This document shows positions 47,240-60,639 of a stretch of DNA of 64,000 nt, one piece after another. The stretch lies in contig NC_092370.1 in the NCBI RefSeq assembly GCF_030028105.1, forward strand, positions 201,172,005-201,236,004, in the 5' to 3' direction. Position 1 is the stretch's first letter; each line of letters begins with the position of its first letter. This DNA is from Mobula birostris (taxonomy: Eukaryota). Both the position numbers and the translations under genes were made by a program. A model generated the notes under the pieces. The model saw nothing but the letters and a program-made list of their open reading frames with translations. It was not told the origin of the DNA and made no database searches.

Positions 47240-48670
47240 TATACCAGTGCCTCAGAAGGATAATGTGGGATGCCTTAATGACTATCGCCCAGTATCACTC
47301 ACACCAACAGTGATGAAATGCTTTGAGAGGTTGGTCATGACTAGACTGAACTCCTGCCTCAGCAAGGACCTGGACCCATTGCAATTTGCCTATCACTACA
47401 ATAGGTCAATGGCAGACCAAATCTCAACGGCTCTCCACACGGCTTTAGACCCCTGGACAACACAAACACCTATGTCAGAATGCTGATCATCGACTATAGC
47501 TCAGCATTTAATACCATCATTCCCACAATCCTGATTGAGAAGTTGCAGAACCTGGGCCTTTGTACCTTCCTCTGCAGTTGGATCCTCGACTTCCTAACTG
47601 GAAGACCACAATCTGTGCAGGTTAGTAATAACATCTCCTCCTCGCTGACGATCAACACTGGTGCACCTCAGGGGTGTGTGCTTAGCCCACTGCTCTACTC
47701 TCTATATACACATGACTGTGTGGCTAGGCATAGCTCAAACACCACCTATAAATTTGCTGACAATACAACCATTATTGGTAGAATGTCAGGTGGTGACAAG
47801 AGGCCGTACAGGAGTGAGATATGCCAACTAGCGGAGTGGTGCCACAGCAACAACCTGGCACTCAATGTCAGTAAGATGAAAGAGCTGATTGGGGACTTCA
47901 GGAAGTGTAAGATGAAGGAATACATACCAATCCTCATAGAGGGATCAGAAATAGAGAGAGTGAGCAGTTCCAAGTTCTTGGGTGTCAAGATCTCTGAGGA
48001 TCTAACCTGGTCCCAACAAATCGATGTAGTTATAAAGAAGGCAAGACAACGGCTATACTTTATTAGGTGTTTGAAGAGATTTGGCATGTCAACAAATACA
48101 CTGAAAAACTTCTATAGTTGTACTGTGAAGAGCATTCTGACAGGCTGCATCACTGTCTGGTATGGAGGGACCGAAAGAAGCTGCAGAAGGTTGTAAATCT
48201 AGTCAGCTCCATCTTGGGTACTAGTCTACAAAGTACCCAGGACATCTTTAGGGAGCGGTGTCTCAGAAAGGCAGCATCCATTATTAAGGACCTCCAGCAC
48301 CCAGGGCATGCCCCTTTCTCACTGTTACCATCGTAGGAGGTACAGAGGCCTGAAGGCACACACTCAGCAATTCCGGAACAACTTTTATCCCCTCTGACAT
48401 CCGACTCCTAAACGGACATTGAATCTTTGGACACTACCTCACTTTTTTTTTAACATACATTATTTCTGTTTTTGCACATTTTTTAATCTATTCATTATAC
48501 ATAATTGATTTACTTGTTTATTTACAAACGTATTATTCTTATTAATTTTTTATTTTATTTATTATTTTTTCTCTCTGCTAGATTTTGTATTGCATTGAAC
48601 TGCTGCTGCTAAGTTAACAAATTCCACGTCACATGCCAATGATAATAAAACTGACTCTGATTCTGATTCT
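47240..48670 (+). mobile_element. Rex1/Babar LINE RT fragment
   Basis: [55 protein letters not shown]; tail (tctgat)n. Confidence 0.95.
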
Positions 48671-49632
48671 AGTCTTTGGCAAAACCATTTGTAATGCCCT
48701 GAAACAATATGTTTTATTGTATTACTACTGTTGTGCTTTTAAGTGTTTATTTTCTGCAGCTTTCCTGTAAAACACAGTGTGTTCTTTAATTTGTTTCACA
48801 GTTCACTATTTTGGCTCCTGCTAACATAAGGGGCCATTTGCTCAGGTTAGGAATGCTGTGTCAGGAATCAGGTTTGGCTTGGTAACATTCTGTCCAGTGG
48901 GATGCCATGGAATATTCAAGAGAGCTGGGTGGGATCAGATTTCTGAGGGACAGTGGGTTGGTTTGGGTTTTTTTTAGTTGGCAGGGTTGGAGAAGAAGGA
49001 GCTGCAAGGAGAACACAAGGGAAGATGATCACAGAATCCCACCCGAAGCAGAGACCCCATTGTAAGAAGCACTTTGTGCAGATGAATGGTTCCAAAGATG
49101 AAGTGCCAATACTCCTGAGATAGCCAGTTCATTCGTAGTGGTCTTCAAGAGAAGTTTGAAATGTGGCTAGTGTTTTTAATGCAGAGCGTGGGTTCAGCGC
49201 ATGAGTAATCAAAGCAAGGCACCCAACTACTCCAGAAATGAGCTCCAGTGTTTATGTGCACGTTTAGACTGGCATTTAACAGTACTGGGCTCCTTTTTCC
49301 CTATTAACTGTTGGATAAAGTTGAAATACCTGTAAAAAAGATATACTTCCACTTTAATTTTTTGCCAGTGTAAGGTCTGTTATTTCTTGGTGAATGACAA
49401 CTTTGCATGGGGCAGTATTGCTAGAGCATTCACCACAATTTTCATTCCCTCAACGGAACATTCCAACTTTCCTATTTGGTTGAACCTGAATCATACCAAC
49501 CCTAGAGATGGGTTGCTTATTGACGATGACTTTCTCACCATTACCCATGCAATACTGAGTCACGTGGTTGTTGGCCAGAGTTAGCTAACAAGCCTAGTTT
49601 GTTATGAGCCTCAGTAAGAGTGCTACAATTTT

Positions 49633-49650
49633 TGGGGGCTCATCTGGGAT
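49633..49650 (+). promoter_or_regulatory. tRNA-Pro primer binding site
   Basis: tgggggctcatctgggat versus canonical tgggggctcgtccgggat, directly after the 5' LTR. Confidence 0.8.
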
Positions 49651-49744
49651 AAAATACTGCATAAGAATTGATTAAGCAGTTTATTTGTGTGTTTGAGCCA
49701 GAGTTCTGTGGAAAAAAAGGTACATCACTATTAATGTTCTTTAT

Positions 49745-51110
49745 TATGGATGTTGCAGAGGTTAAGCTCTGCTGCATTATGACTACCAATGACATGACTG
49801 AAGGCACACTGCTCAATAGGTTGGGGTACCTGGAGAGGCAGGGCCTGTCCTGTTCTTATCTTTAGAGTTGATGGGAATGTAGCTAAGGGTGAAGATTTTA
49901 AAGGCAAATTGTTCTCTTTTCTGTGGAGTGAGGGAAAGACTTTATCTGATGTGATAAGTCTAATAGGTCCTTCAGCTTTTGATTTAAATTCTGAGATGGT
50001 CTAGGCTATTAAATCACTGGTCAATAAATGCCAAGTGTACCTGCAGAAGGCCAAAGTTATTGTAGGCTGAGGATGTTCTCTGGAGTCAAGCCCACACCCA
50101 AAGGGGAAGAAGAATATGAGGCTTCGTCTGAGCAGACAGCTCATTTACTGGATGAATGGCAGTACTCAGACAATATGAAGAACAGAGACTGGTAGAGAGT
50201 TTAATGGGTCCAGAGGCTGATAAAGTGAGGTTCTTAAAGGCAGAAAATCCTTTAGCCAGGTCAGCTAACTAAATGCAAGCTCTGGAAAATGCTTTTGGCA
50301 CTACTGAAAGTTCAGCCGATCTTATGATGAAGTTTAGGCACACATTCCAGAAGGAAGGAGAGAAGCTTTCTGCCTAACTTTTCAGGTTGGAGAAAGTACT
50401 GCACTGTCTGCAAGAAATTGCTTGAGGGTGGAGTAAGTTGTGAAGGGCACGCTGTTACGTGATGTGATTGCTGTACGTATTAGAATGACCTGCAAGATGC
50501 GTCCTCCTCCGTCTTTCACTGAGTTACTCAGAGAAGTTAGAGAGGAGGAAAATATGATTGAGGAGTGGAATGCTTCCAAAAGCTGAGTAATGTCTTCAGT
50601 GGTAGCCTCTGTTGCTAAAATGAGCCCTGATGCAACAGAGATAGAGCTTTTGAGGAATGAGCCGAAAAACCTTCAAGCTAAACTGACTCATTGGATGTCT
50701 GCTCACATTTCAGCTGAACATGACGTCAGTTAAGAAACCAAACCCACGTACAGGACTTACTAAACAGAGGAACGCTGTTGAAAAAGGTCTTTTGACTGGG
50801 AGGCAACCGGTATTCTCTGTTACAACTGTGGAGAAGCGAAACTGTGAGGGGCAAGAAAATCTTCGAAAAGTAAGTCAGCAGTTAATCAAACAGAGAAAAA
50901 CAGAAGCAAAACTACAGAGGGACCCAGTAAAGGAACAGCCTAACTTCCTGTAGCAAACACATCCCAATCTGTGTATCACCAGAAATACTCAAGTGCAAAA
51001 CACTATTCCTGAAAGCTTAGTGGGACCAAGCTCTGATGTATCCATACGGATTGAAGCTATTTATGCTACAGCCATATTTGACACAGGTTCTCAAATTACA
51101 TTACTAGTGT
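49745..51110 (+). pseudogene. PNMA-like Gag and protease remnant
   Basis: RMFSGVKPTPKGEEEYE; RLVESLMGP; QALENAFGTTESSADLMMKFRHTFQKEGEKLSA*LFRLEK; VFCYNCGE knuckle start; multiple stops. Confidence 0.75.
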
Positions 51111-52184
51111 TGCTCTGCCCAGATCCGGTCGAAAAAGGTGAAGCTTCCATTCTTGTGGGAATAAATACTCCCATTCTGAGAAGGTTTGTGGGAGCATGCA
51201 AAGTGAGGAATAGAGAGAATTTTTTGAAAACCTTGTCCATTCATCCGATGTTCAGAGCTGCTTTTGAGAAGGTACAAGTTGCTCCTAAGCAGGATGATGA
51301 GCAGGAAATATGTGGTATTAACAGTCTAAACCTGTCCTGTTATGTACTGGAGGAGCAGCTAGAGTGACAGAGGGCACCCCTTTCTGAGAGAGGCCCTGCC
51401 AGTCAGCACCAGCAGAGGTTGAAGATGTTTGGCAGCTCCTGCTTAAACTGAAGGAAGCTGAGCTCATTCGGGGTCAGGAGGAACTGAGTTGCCAGATTGT
51501 GTGGGTGATAGACAGCGTGAGGCATCCCCAAGTAAACCAGAAGAGTCACAAGCAGTGGCTGTGACTTAAGAAGCTGAAAATGGGATAAGGAGGTCTCAGA
51601 GAGTCAGGAAACCCCCAGATAAACTGGCATATGCTGCACATGGTAAACAGAGTGTTGTGTCAGTCCCAATGGTGAGATAAGTTACTTCCATTTACAAATG
51701 GATTGGAGATCCTGAAATCATGAAAACAATTTAATGCTGTTTTATTAATAATGTATTAACAAGTTCTGTTTTTGGAGGGGGGAAAATGTAATGCCCTGTG
51801 AGAATATGTTTTATTATATTACTACTGTTGTGCTATTAAATGTCTATTTTCTGCAGCTTTCCTGTAAAACACAGTGTGTTCTGCTAATCAAGTTTCACAG
51901 TTCAGTACTTTGGTTTCTGCTAAAATAAGGAGCCATTTGCTCAGCTTAGGAATGTTGTGTCAGCCAATCAGGTTTGTCTTGGTAACATTCTGTCCGGTGG
52001 GATGCCATGGAACATTTGAGAGAACTAGGCGGGATCAGATTTCTGAGGGACAGTGGGCTGGTTTAGGGTTTTTTTAGTTGGCAGGGGTTGGAGAAGAAGG
52101 ATCTGTGAGGAGAACACAAGGGAAGATGCTCACACAATCCCACCCAAAGCAGAGACCCCATTGTAAGAAGCACGTTGTGCAGAT

Positions 52185-53794
52185 TGTTACCCGTCCCGTG
52201 AGTATCTTGTAAGTTTGATGTAATTGTCTTATGCTATTGGAATGATGGAGTTGTCTTGTGATAGTAGGGTGACGTGATGTCATGTGACGGCATGTTCCAA
52301 CTGGTATATAAGGGGAATCCACAGCTGTTGCGTAATTTGTTTTGTTGGGAGTCCACCGTTGGTACTTACGCCATCAGAGAAGAAAGAGTGAGAGTGAAGA
52401 ATCCCCAGCTCCAAACAAACCCCAAAAGGATTGGGGTTAACCAGCGGCATTCGGTGCATTATGGGTGTGACTGACATTTGGAACCGTCCGTACGTGGCAT
52501 GCACGTTTTGTTACCCCTGACACGGTTTGGGTTGTGCGATGATCACTTTGTTGAAAGGTCAGTTACTTTGAGAAATCGTATTCTGCATCATAACTTCAGA
52601 CAAGGCATTTCGGCTGGGAGCTGCATCAGCAGTGACGTCTTTACTTCGGGGACTGGTGAAGCCTCTCCCCTCGAATATTTCAGGAATCATTTGGACTTAT
52701 TAAACTACCACCTTAAGACTGTGCTTAAATAAGATCTATTAAGAATTATCTTTAAGTTCAACTGTTTGATAACTATAGATGCATAACGCTGTTAACATCC
52801 ATTTAAGTTAATCGTTCATTTACTGTTCCATGATAATTTGAGTAGAGGTTAATAAATATTGTTGTTTATTTTAAACATAGAAAATAGGTGCAGGAGTAGG
52901 CCATTTGGCCCTTCGAGCCTGCACCGCCATTCAGTATGATCATGGCTGATCATTCAACTCAGAACCCTGTACCTGCCTTCTCTCCATACCCCCTGATCCC
53001 TTTAACCACAAGGGCCATATCTAACTCCCTCTTAAATATAGCCAATGAACTGGCCTCAATTGCTTCCTGTGGCAGATAATTGCACAGATTCAGCACTCTC
53101 TGTGTAAAGAAGTTTTTCCTCATCTCGGTCCTAAAAGGCTTCCCTTTTATCCTCAAACTGTGACCCCTCGTTCTGGACTTCCCCAACATCGGGAATAATC
53201 TTCCTGCATCTAGCCTGTCCAATCCCTTTAGGATTTTATATGTTTCAATAAGATCACCCCTCAATCTTCTAAATTCCAGTGAGTATACCCCTAGTCAATC
53301 CAGTCTTTCATCATATGAAAGTCCTGCCATCCCAGGAATCAATCTGGTGAACCTTCTTTGTACTCCCTCTATGGCAAAAATATCTTTCCTCAGATTAGGG
53401 GACCAAAACTGCACACAATACTCCAGGCGTGGTCTCACCAAGGCCTTGTACAACTGCAGTAGTACCTCCCTGCTCCTGTACTCGAATCCTCTTGCTATGA
53501 ATGCCAGCATACCATTAGCCTTTTTCACCGGCTGCTGTACCTGCATGCCCACTTTTAATGACTGGTCTATAATGACACCCAGGTCTCGTTGCACCTCCCC
53601 TTTTCCTAATCAGCCACCATTCAGATAATAATCTGTTTTCCTGTTTTTGCCACCAAAGTGGATAACCTTACATTTATCCACATTAAATTGCATCTGCCAT
53701 GAATTTGCCCACTCACCTAACCTATCCAAGTCAGCCTGCATCCTTTTATAAAAACTCAACTCAAATTCATCTCTGTTGCTGCTGGTTCATAACA
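52185..53794 (+). mobile_element. Solo LTR of a different family inserted in the Gypsy 3' LTR
   Basis: TGTTA...TAACA ends; TSD agat (52181-52184, 53795-53798); the empty site gtgcagatgaatgg is seen in the 5' LTR; tatataag and aataaa on plus strand. Confidence 0.85.
52874..53743 (-). mobile_element. Young CR1 3' fragment inserted in the solo LTR
   Basis: RGDLIETYKILKGLDR...FFTQRV; tttta duplicated at 52869-52873 and 53744-53748. Confidence 0.9.
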
Positions 53795-56700
53795 AGATGA
53801 ATGGTTCCCAGGAGGAAATGCCACTGCTTCTGAGTTAGCCAGTTTGTTCATAATGATCTTCAAGGGAAGTTTGAATTGTGACTGGTGTTCTTAACACAGA
53901 GCGTGGGTTCAGCGTGTGAGTAATCAAAGTGAAGCACCCGACTACTTCAGAAATGAGCTCCAGTGTTTATGTGCACATTTAGACTAGTTTAACTGTAATG
54001 GACCCTTTTCTTGTTCTATTAACTGTTGTTAAAATTGAAATACCTTTAAATATACTTCCACTTTAATTTTATTCCAGCGTAATCAATGTTATTTCCTGGC
54101 GAATGATAACTTTGCATGGGGCAGCATTTACACAGCATTCGCCACAATATTCGTTCCCTCATCAGAACCTTACAACTTTCCTGTTTGGTTGAACTTGAAT
54201 CAAACCAACCCGAGATGTGTGTTGCTTATTGAATGTGGCTTTCTCACTGTTACCCATGAAATGCTGAGCCATGTGGCTGTTAGCCAGAGTAAGCTAACAA
54301 AACTAGATTGTCACGAGCATCGGTGAGAGGGTTACACATTTAAGCTGCCTACTCCCATTGACATACACCAGGACCATAGCCCTCCATACCCCTATCTATC
54401 CAAACTTCCCTGCAACATTGAAATTGAGCTCACATGCATCACTTGCACTGGCAACTCATTCCACATTCTCACAATCCTTGGAGTGAAGGAGCTTCCCCTC
54501 ATGTTCCCCTCAAGCTTCTTATCTTTCACCCTTAACCCATGACCTCTGCTTGTAGTCCCACCCAACCTCAGTGAAAAAAGTCTTCTTAAATTTACCCTAT
54601 CTATATGCCTCAAAACTTGGTATAACTTTGTCAAATCTCCTCTCAATCTTCTACATTCTAAAGTATACAGTCATACCCCATTCAACCTTTCCTTATAACT
54701 CAGGTCCTCCAGACCCAAAAACATCCTTGTAAATTTTTCTCTGTACTCTTTTAACCTCCTTTATATCTTCCCTGTAGGAGGATGACCGAAACTGCACACA
54801 GTACTCCAAATTAGACCTCACCAGCATCTTATACAACTTTAACATAACATTCCATCTCTTGTACTTAATACATTGATTTATGAAGGCCAATGTGCCAAAA
54901 GTTTTCTTTACAACCCTATCTATTGTGACACCACTTTCAATGAATTATGGGCCTGTATTCCCAGATCCCTTTGTTCTACTACACTCCTCAGTGTGCTACC
55001 GTTCACTGTATAAGACCTACCCTTTTGGTCCTCTCAAAGTGCAAAAACTCGCTCTTGTCTGCATTAAATTCCATCTGCCATTTTTCAGCCCATTTTTCCA
55101 GCTGAAGCAGATCCTTCTGAAGTTAGCCTTCCCCGCTATCCACTACACCCCTGTCTTGGTGTCATCCACAAATTTGCTGATCCAGTTAACCGCATTATCA
55201 TCCAGATCATTGATATAGGTGACAAACAGGGGCATACCACTATTCACAGGCATCCAGTCAGAGAGGCAACCCTCTACTACAAACCTCTGGTTTCTCCCAC
55301 AAAACCAATGTCTAATTCAATTTACTACCTCATCTTGAATGCTGAGTGACTGAACCTTCTTGACCAGTCTCCCTTGCAGGACCTTGTCAAAAGCCTTACT
55401 AAAGTTGGTTAAACATGACCTACCACGCACAAAGCCATGTGAACTATATTGAATCAGTCCGTGTCTATCCAAATACTTCCAAATCCAGTCCCTTAGAATA
55501 CCTTCTAATATCTTTCCCGCAACTGATGTTAGACTCACTGACCTATAATTTCCTGGTTTATGTTTAGAGCCTTTTTTTAAACAACGGAACAACATTGGCT
55601 ATCCACCATTCCTCTTGTACCTCTTCTGTCGCCAAGGATGTTTTAAATATCTCTGCTAGGGCCTCATCAGTTTCTGCAATTGCCTCCCGTAGGGTCCAAG
55701 GGAACACCTTGTCAGGCCCTGGTGATTTATCCACCTTGATTTGCCTCAGGGTAGCAAACACCTCCTCCTCCGTAATCTGTATAGGGCCCATGAAGTTGAT
55801 GCTGCTTTGCCTCACTTCTATAGACTCTGTATCTGTCTCCCGAGTAAAGACAGATGCAAAGAATTCACTTTCGAACTCCCCTATTTCTTTTGGCTCCCCG
55901 CATGGATTACCATTCTGGTCTTCCAGAGGATCAATTTTGTCCCTTGCAATCCTTTTGCTCAGCATATCTGTAGAATCCCTTAGGATTCGCATTCACCTTG
56001 TCTGCTAGAAGCAACTTCATGCCTTCTTTTAGCCTTTCTGATTTCTTTCTTAAGTATTCTCTTGCATTTCTTGTAGTCCATAAGCACCTCATTTGTTCCT
56101 ACTTGCCTAAACCTGCTCTGCATCTCCCTTTTTCTCTTAACCAGGGCCTCAGTATCGCTTGAAAAACAAGATTCCCTACTTTGCTATCTTTACCTTTTAT
56201 TCTGACAGGCAACCTTTGTACTCTCAAAATTTTGTTTTTGAAGGCTTCCCACTTTCCAAGTACACCTCTGCCAGAAAATAGCCTGTCCCAATCCACAGTG
56301 CCAGATCATTTCTGATTTCTCCAATTTACAATTTCAACCTGCGGAGCAGACCTACCTTTTTGCATATTTTGAAACTAATGGCATTGTGGTCACTGGATGC
56401 AAAGTGTTCTCCTACACTAACTTCTGTCACGTGCCCTGTCTCACTCCCTAATAGCAGATCCAGTATCACAGTCTCTTTTGTTAAGACTGCTACGTACTGA
56501 TGAAGGAAACTTTCCTGAGCACATTTGACAAACTCTATCCCATCTAGACCTTTTACAGTGTGGGATTCCCAGTGAATATGTGGAAAGCTAAAATCACCTA
56601 CTACAACAACCTTATGTTTCTTGCAACAGTCTGCAACCTCTTTACAAATTTCTTCCTCTAAATCTCTAGGAACTGTTGGGTAGCCTGTATTATAGTCCTA

Positions 56701-57012
56701 ATACTGTGGTCATATCTTTTTCATTTCTCAGTTCCACCCATAATGCCTCACTCATCAAATTTTCCTGTCTGTCCTGATGGAATGCTGCCATGACATTTTC
56801 CCTGACTAGTAATGCCACCCCTCCTTCTTCAATCCCTCCCGCTCTGTCATGTCTAAAACCTCAGAATATTGAGCTGCCAGTCCTGCCCCTCCTGCAACCA
56901 AGTCTCACTAATGGCCAGAACATCATATTTCCAGGTGTTGATCCATGCCCTGAGCACACCCTCCTTCCTATGATACTTCTTGCATTGAAATATAGGCAGC
57001 TCAGGACACTGG

Positions 57013-59400
57013 TTTGGGTTGCAGGAGGGAGGCTCAGTAAGCTTGTGGATGGCATGGATATTGTTGGAGTTGTAAATAATGTGGAAAGTACTCTTAGACT
57101 GCTGCAGAGAGATATCAATGTGTTGGTTAAATGAGCTGATAAATGACAGACTGAGTTCAATATAGACAAATGTGGCAAGATTCATTTTGGGAGCACTAAT
57201 ACAGTAGAGTGATGCACCATGACTGGTAAGGTCTTACGGAGTATTAAGTATCAGTGGGACCTTGGTTTTCAAGGTCATATATTCTTGAAGGTGACAATGC
57301 AGGTGAATAACCTGGTTAGGAAGGCATTTGAGATTCCGGCCTTAGTGAGTCAAGGCATTGACTGCAGAAGTAGGAGTGTTATGCTCCAGCTTTATAAAAT
57401 CTTCGTCAGATCTCAGCTGGAGTACTGAGTGCAATTCCCACTGCAGATAAGATGCAATTGTGCTGGAGAGGGTGCAGAGGAGATTCAGAAGGGTATTGCC
57501 TGAGGTGGAGTGCTTCAGTTATGAGGAGAGACTGTGGAGAAGCACAGTTGTCCCTGGAGCAGAAGAAGTTAAGAGGGGACGTAATTAAAGATGCAGCTTA
57601 GAAGATAAGTGCACCTTCAGGGTTCCTGCACATCACAACCCTGTGAATGTGCTGATTCTATGCCAGTGCTGCTGAATGAAGCATTGCGGGAAAAAAGCGG
57701 AACATCAGGAGCAGTGGATCGCTGTTGATGGCCCTGTACTCAGCGAATCGCACGCTCGCTCTCTCTTGTTAGTGGGGGAGAATTTGTCACTGATTCTCAA
57801 GTTGGAGAACTTGGAAAGAAGTGACATGACAGATGTTATTATCACAAATCAGTGAGTTGTTTTGTTATGTCTCCCCTCCCTCTGTAAAAGGGGACACCTC
57901 TCTGTCCCTTTATTAGGAAGAGATAAAGTCTGTGTATGTTGAAATGCGAGGTGAATGATTATTTTTTGTTGTACTGCAGATCATGGTCTTTCTTGGGGGC
58001 TTGCTATTGCTTGCTTAATGTGTGGAGGGTGCTGATGCTTCTTTTGTGGAAGCGGGTGGGGGTGGGGGAGGGTCATTAGTTTGCTGCTCCTTGTGTGTGA
58101 GGGGAGTAGGGGGGCTTCAGGGTTATCATTCATTCTTTGGGGTACTCTTCTGTTTTTGTGGATGTCTGTAAAGAACAAGAATTTCAGGATGTATATTGCA
58201 TACATTTCTCTGATATTATATGGAACTATTGAACTATAAAATTATGAGGAGTATCAATAAGGAAGACTGCAATCAATTTCATGACTCAGGTGTAGATAAA
58301 ATGAGAGAACATGGGTTTAAGGCAAGGGCATAGTGATTTAAAGGGGATATGAGGGAGACCCACTTCACTCAGAGAGTGATAAGTACTGGCATGCAATATC
58401 CAAGAAGACTGTTGAAGCTGGGACCCCCAACAACATTTTAGAAGTGCTTTGATGAGCACTTGAATTGATTACACAAGGAAACTTAACTGTGTGGATTCCA
58501 AATTGGCTTGACCACAGAAGGCAGAGGGTGGCAGTAGATGGAGCGAATCCTGTCTGAAGATCCGTGACCATTGGTGTTAACAGGGATCTGTTCTGTGACC
58601 CTTGCTCTTTGTGATTCTTATAAGTGCTTCCAATGAGGAAGTGGAAGGGTGAGTTTGTAAGTTTGCAGGAGACACAAACGTCGGTACTGTTGTAGACAGG
58701 GTAGAAGATTGTTGTAGGTAATAATGGGTCAACGGATGCAGAGCTGCATCGAGAAGTAGCAGGTGGAGTTCAATACAGGAAAATTTAAAGTGATTTATTT
58801 TGGAAGGTCAAATTTCAAGCCGGAAAACAGGGTTATTGGTAGGATTCTTAACTATGTGGACAAACAGAGGAATTTCCAGCTCCACAACCAAAGATCAAAG
58901 ATTGAAGTTGCAGAACAAGTTGATAGGATGGTTAAGAAGGCATATGGTGCGTTGGCCTTTATTAGACAGGGCACTGGGCTCAAGAGTCATGAGATAATGT
59001 TGTAACTCTATAAAGCTCTGGTTAGATTACACTTGAAATATTGTCTTCCTTTCTAGTCGCTCATTATGGGAATGATATGGAAGCTTTGGAGAGAGTGCAA
59101 AAGAGATTTGCCAAGATGCTGTGGATTAGAAGGCATGTCTTGTGAGGAAAGGCTGAGTGAACTAGGGCTTTTCTCTTTGGAGCAGAGGGTGAGAGGTGAC
59201 TGGATAGATGTGTACAAGATGAGGCATTGATCAAGTTGACAACCAGAGACTGTTTCCCTGGGCAAAAATCATTAATACAAGGAGATACAACTTCAGGTTG
59301 TCTGGAGGAAGATATAGGGAGGATAGCAGAGGTATATTTTTTGCACAGACACACAGCCAGGGGTGGTGGTAGAGGCAGATACATCAGGGGCATCATTGTT
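57013..59400 (+). mobile_element. Decayed CR1 RT fragments
   Basis: Two diverged CR1 3' halves (57013-58470, split by a SINE; 58470-59400). Confidence 0.75.
57589..58236 (+). mobile_element. Non-coding SINE-like element with Rex1-like tail, copy 2
   Basis: Homologous to 5455-6016; interrupts CR1 between gtaattaaag and ataaaattatgagg; tail gaactattgaactat. Confidence 0.7.
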
Positions 59401-60639
59401 GAGACTAATCTCAAACATCTTTGCACAGTAAAATGGCATGCTCAGAAATGAGTTGTCTGACAGCATCTCATTGGGAATGCTATGCTCCAGTCTGGGGCAA
59501 GTGACTGAAGAAAGAAGGAAGCAATTGGTGCCTTTAACAGCAGCTGTTATAGCTGCTGTTCAGGGATGATGGCAGCTGGCAGTTCACTGTGCATAAAGGA
59601 GCACACCAAATTTTTTATGTTTGGAAGATGCAAATTATAGGTTGCTGTACAGTCTTTTATTGTATCAGGAAATTGTGGAATCCCTTAACAGATCAGGCAG
59701 CATCTGGAGAGAGAAATATGATTAATGTTTCATGACCGTGACCCTTAACTGTAACCCTCTGTATTTATACTTCTTGAACGAATGTATCTTTCAATTACAG
59801 TAACCGTAGTATTTTTCTTTAATTTCTATTTTATCTTTTGCATACACAACATGTGGGAATATTCATGTAACAAAGTTATATATGTTCTCTCTTCTACACG
59901 TTAGTCTAAGTACATCAAACTGTAGGAACGTGATTGAATCCCCACATATATCACTGAAATGCAAGCAATTTGCTGCAGGCCTGAATATTGAATAAAGGCA
60001 AAAGGTTTACCAAAATTTCACATTATAGCATGGCTTGGAAGTTGCTTCAGTTTACATTTTGCTTGTTTTTCCTTCTTACATTCATAGTCAACACGAAGTG
60101 TTCACTACAAATGTACAAAACATCACATCATTTGATTTATGGTAACATTTAAAGTTCATGTGATCGCATAAATTTAAGAGACTACTAGACAGGTATATGG
60201 AGGAATTTAAGGTGGGGGATTATATGGGAGGCAGGGCTTGAGGGTCGGCACAACAATGTGGGCTGAAGGGCCTGTACTGTGCTGTACTATTCTACATTCT
60301 ATAACTGTTAGGTTATAGAACTAGCAGTTAGTGTTCTTGGCCTTTTGACTCAGACACATGGGTATTTATCCCACAATTAATTTTAAGTAATTTAATGAAC
60401 TGGAATTTACATAATTTACATAAATTGTCTCAGTCTGGTAACCATGAACCTGCTTAATTGATGGGAAGGCCTATAGCTTTGAAATGTGCATCCTCACACA
60501 ATTTGATCTATATGTGGCACCTAGCACACTGATCTACTTGATTGATAACCACCTCATCAATTCATGGTCAATTGTTAATGGTTTGCCAGTGACATTCATC
60601 CCTTGAACTAAATAATAAAAAGAAAATCTATCTATAAAA

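Larger units (their letters stand above)
48690..54336 (+). mobile_element. Ty3/Gypsy LTR retrotransposon with PNMA-like gag; non-autonomous (RT/RH/IN mostly absent)
   Basis: TSD catt (48686-48689, 54337-54340); LTRs 48690-49627 and 51787-54336 (interrupted); PPT tggaggggggaaaa; protease IFDTGSQ. Confidence 0.9.
47190..57012 (-). mobile_element. CR1 LINE (pieces 47190-47239, 48668-48689, 54337-57012) split by Rex1 and Gypsy insertions
   Basis: 3' UTR is contiguous across both insertions; APE motifs (YFNARSI, ISETWL) and RT motifs in 54337-57012. Confidence 0.85.
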
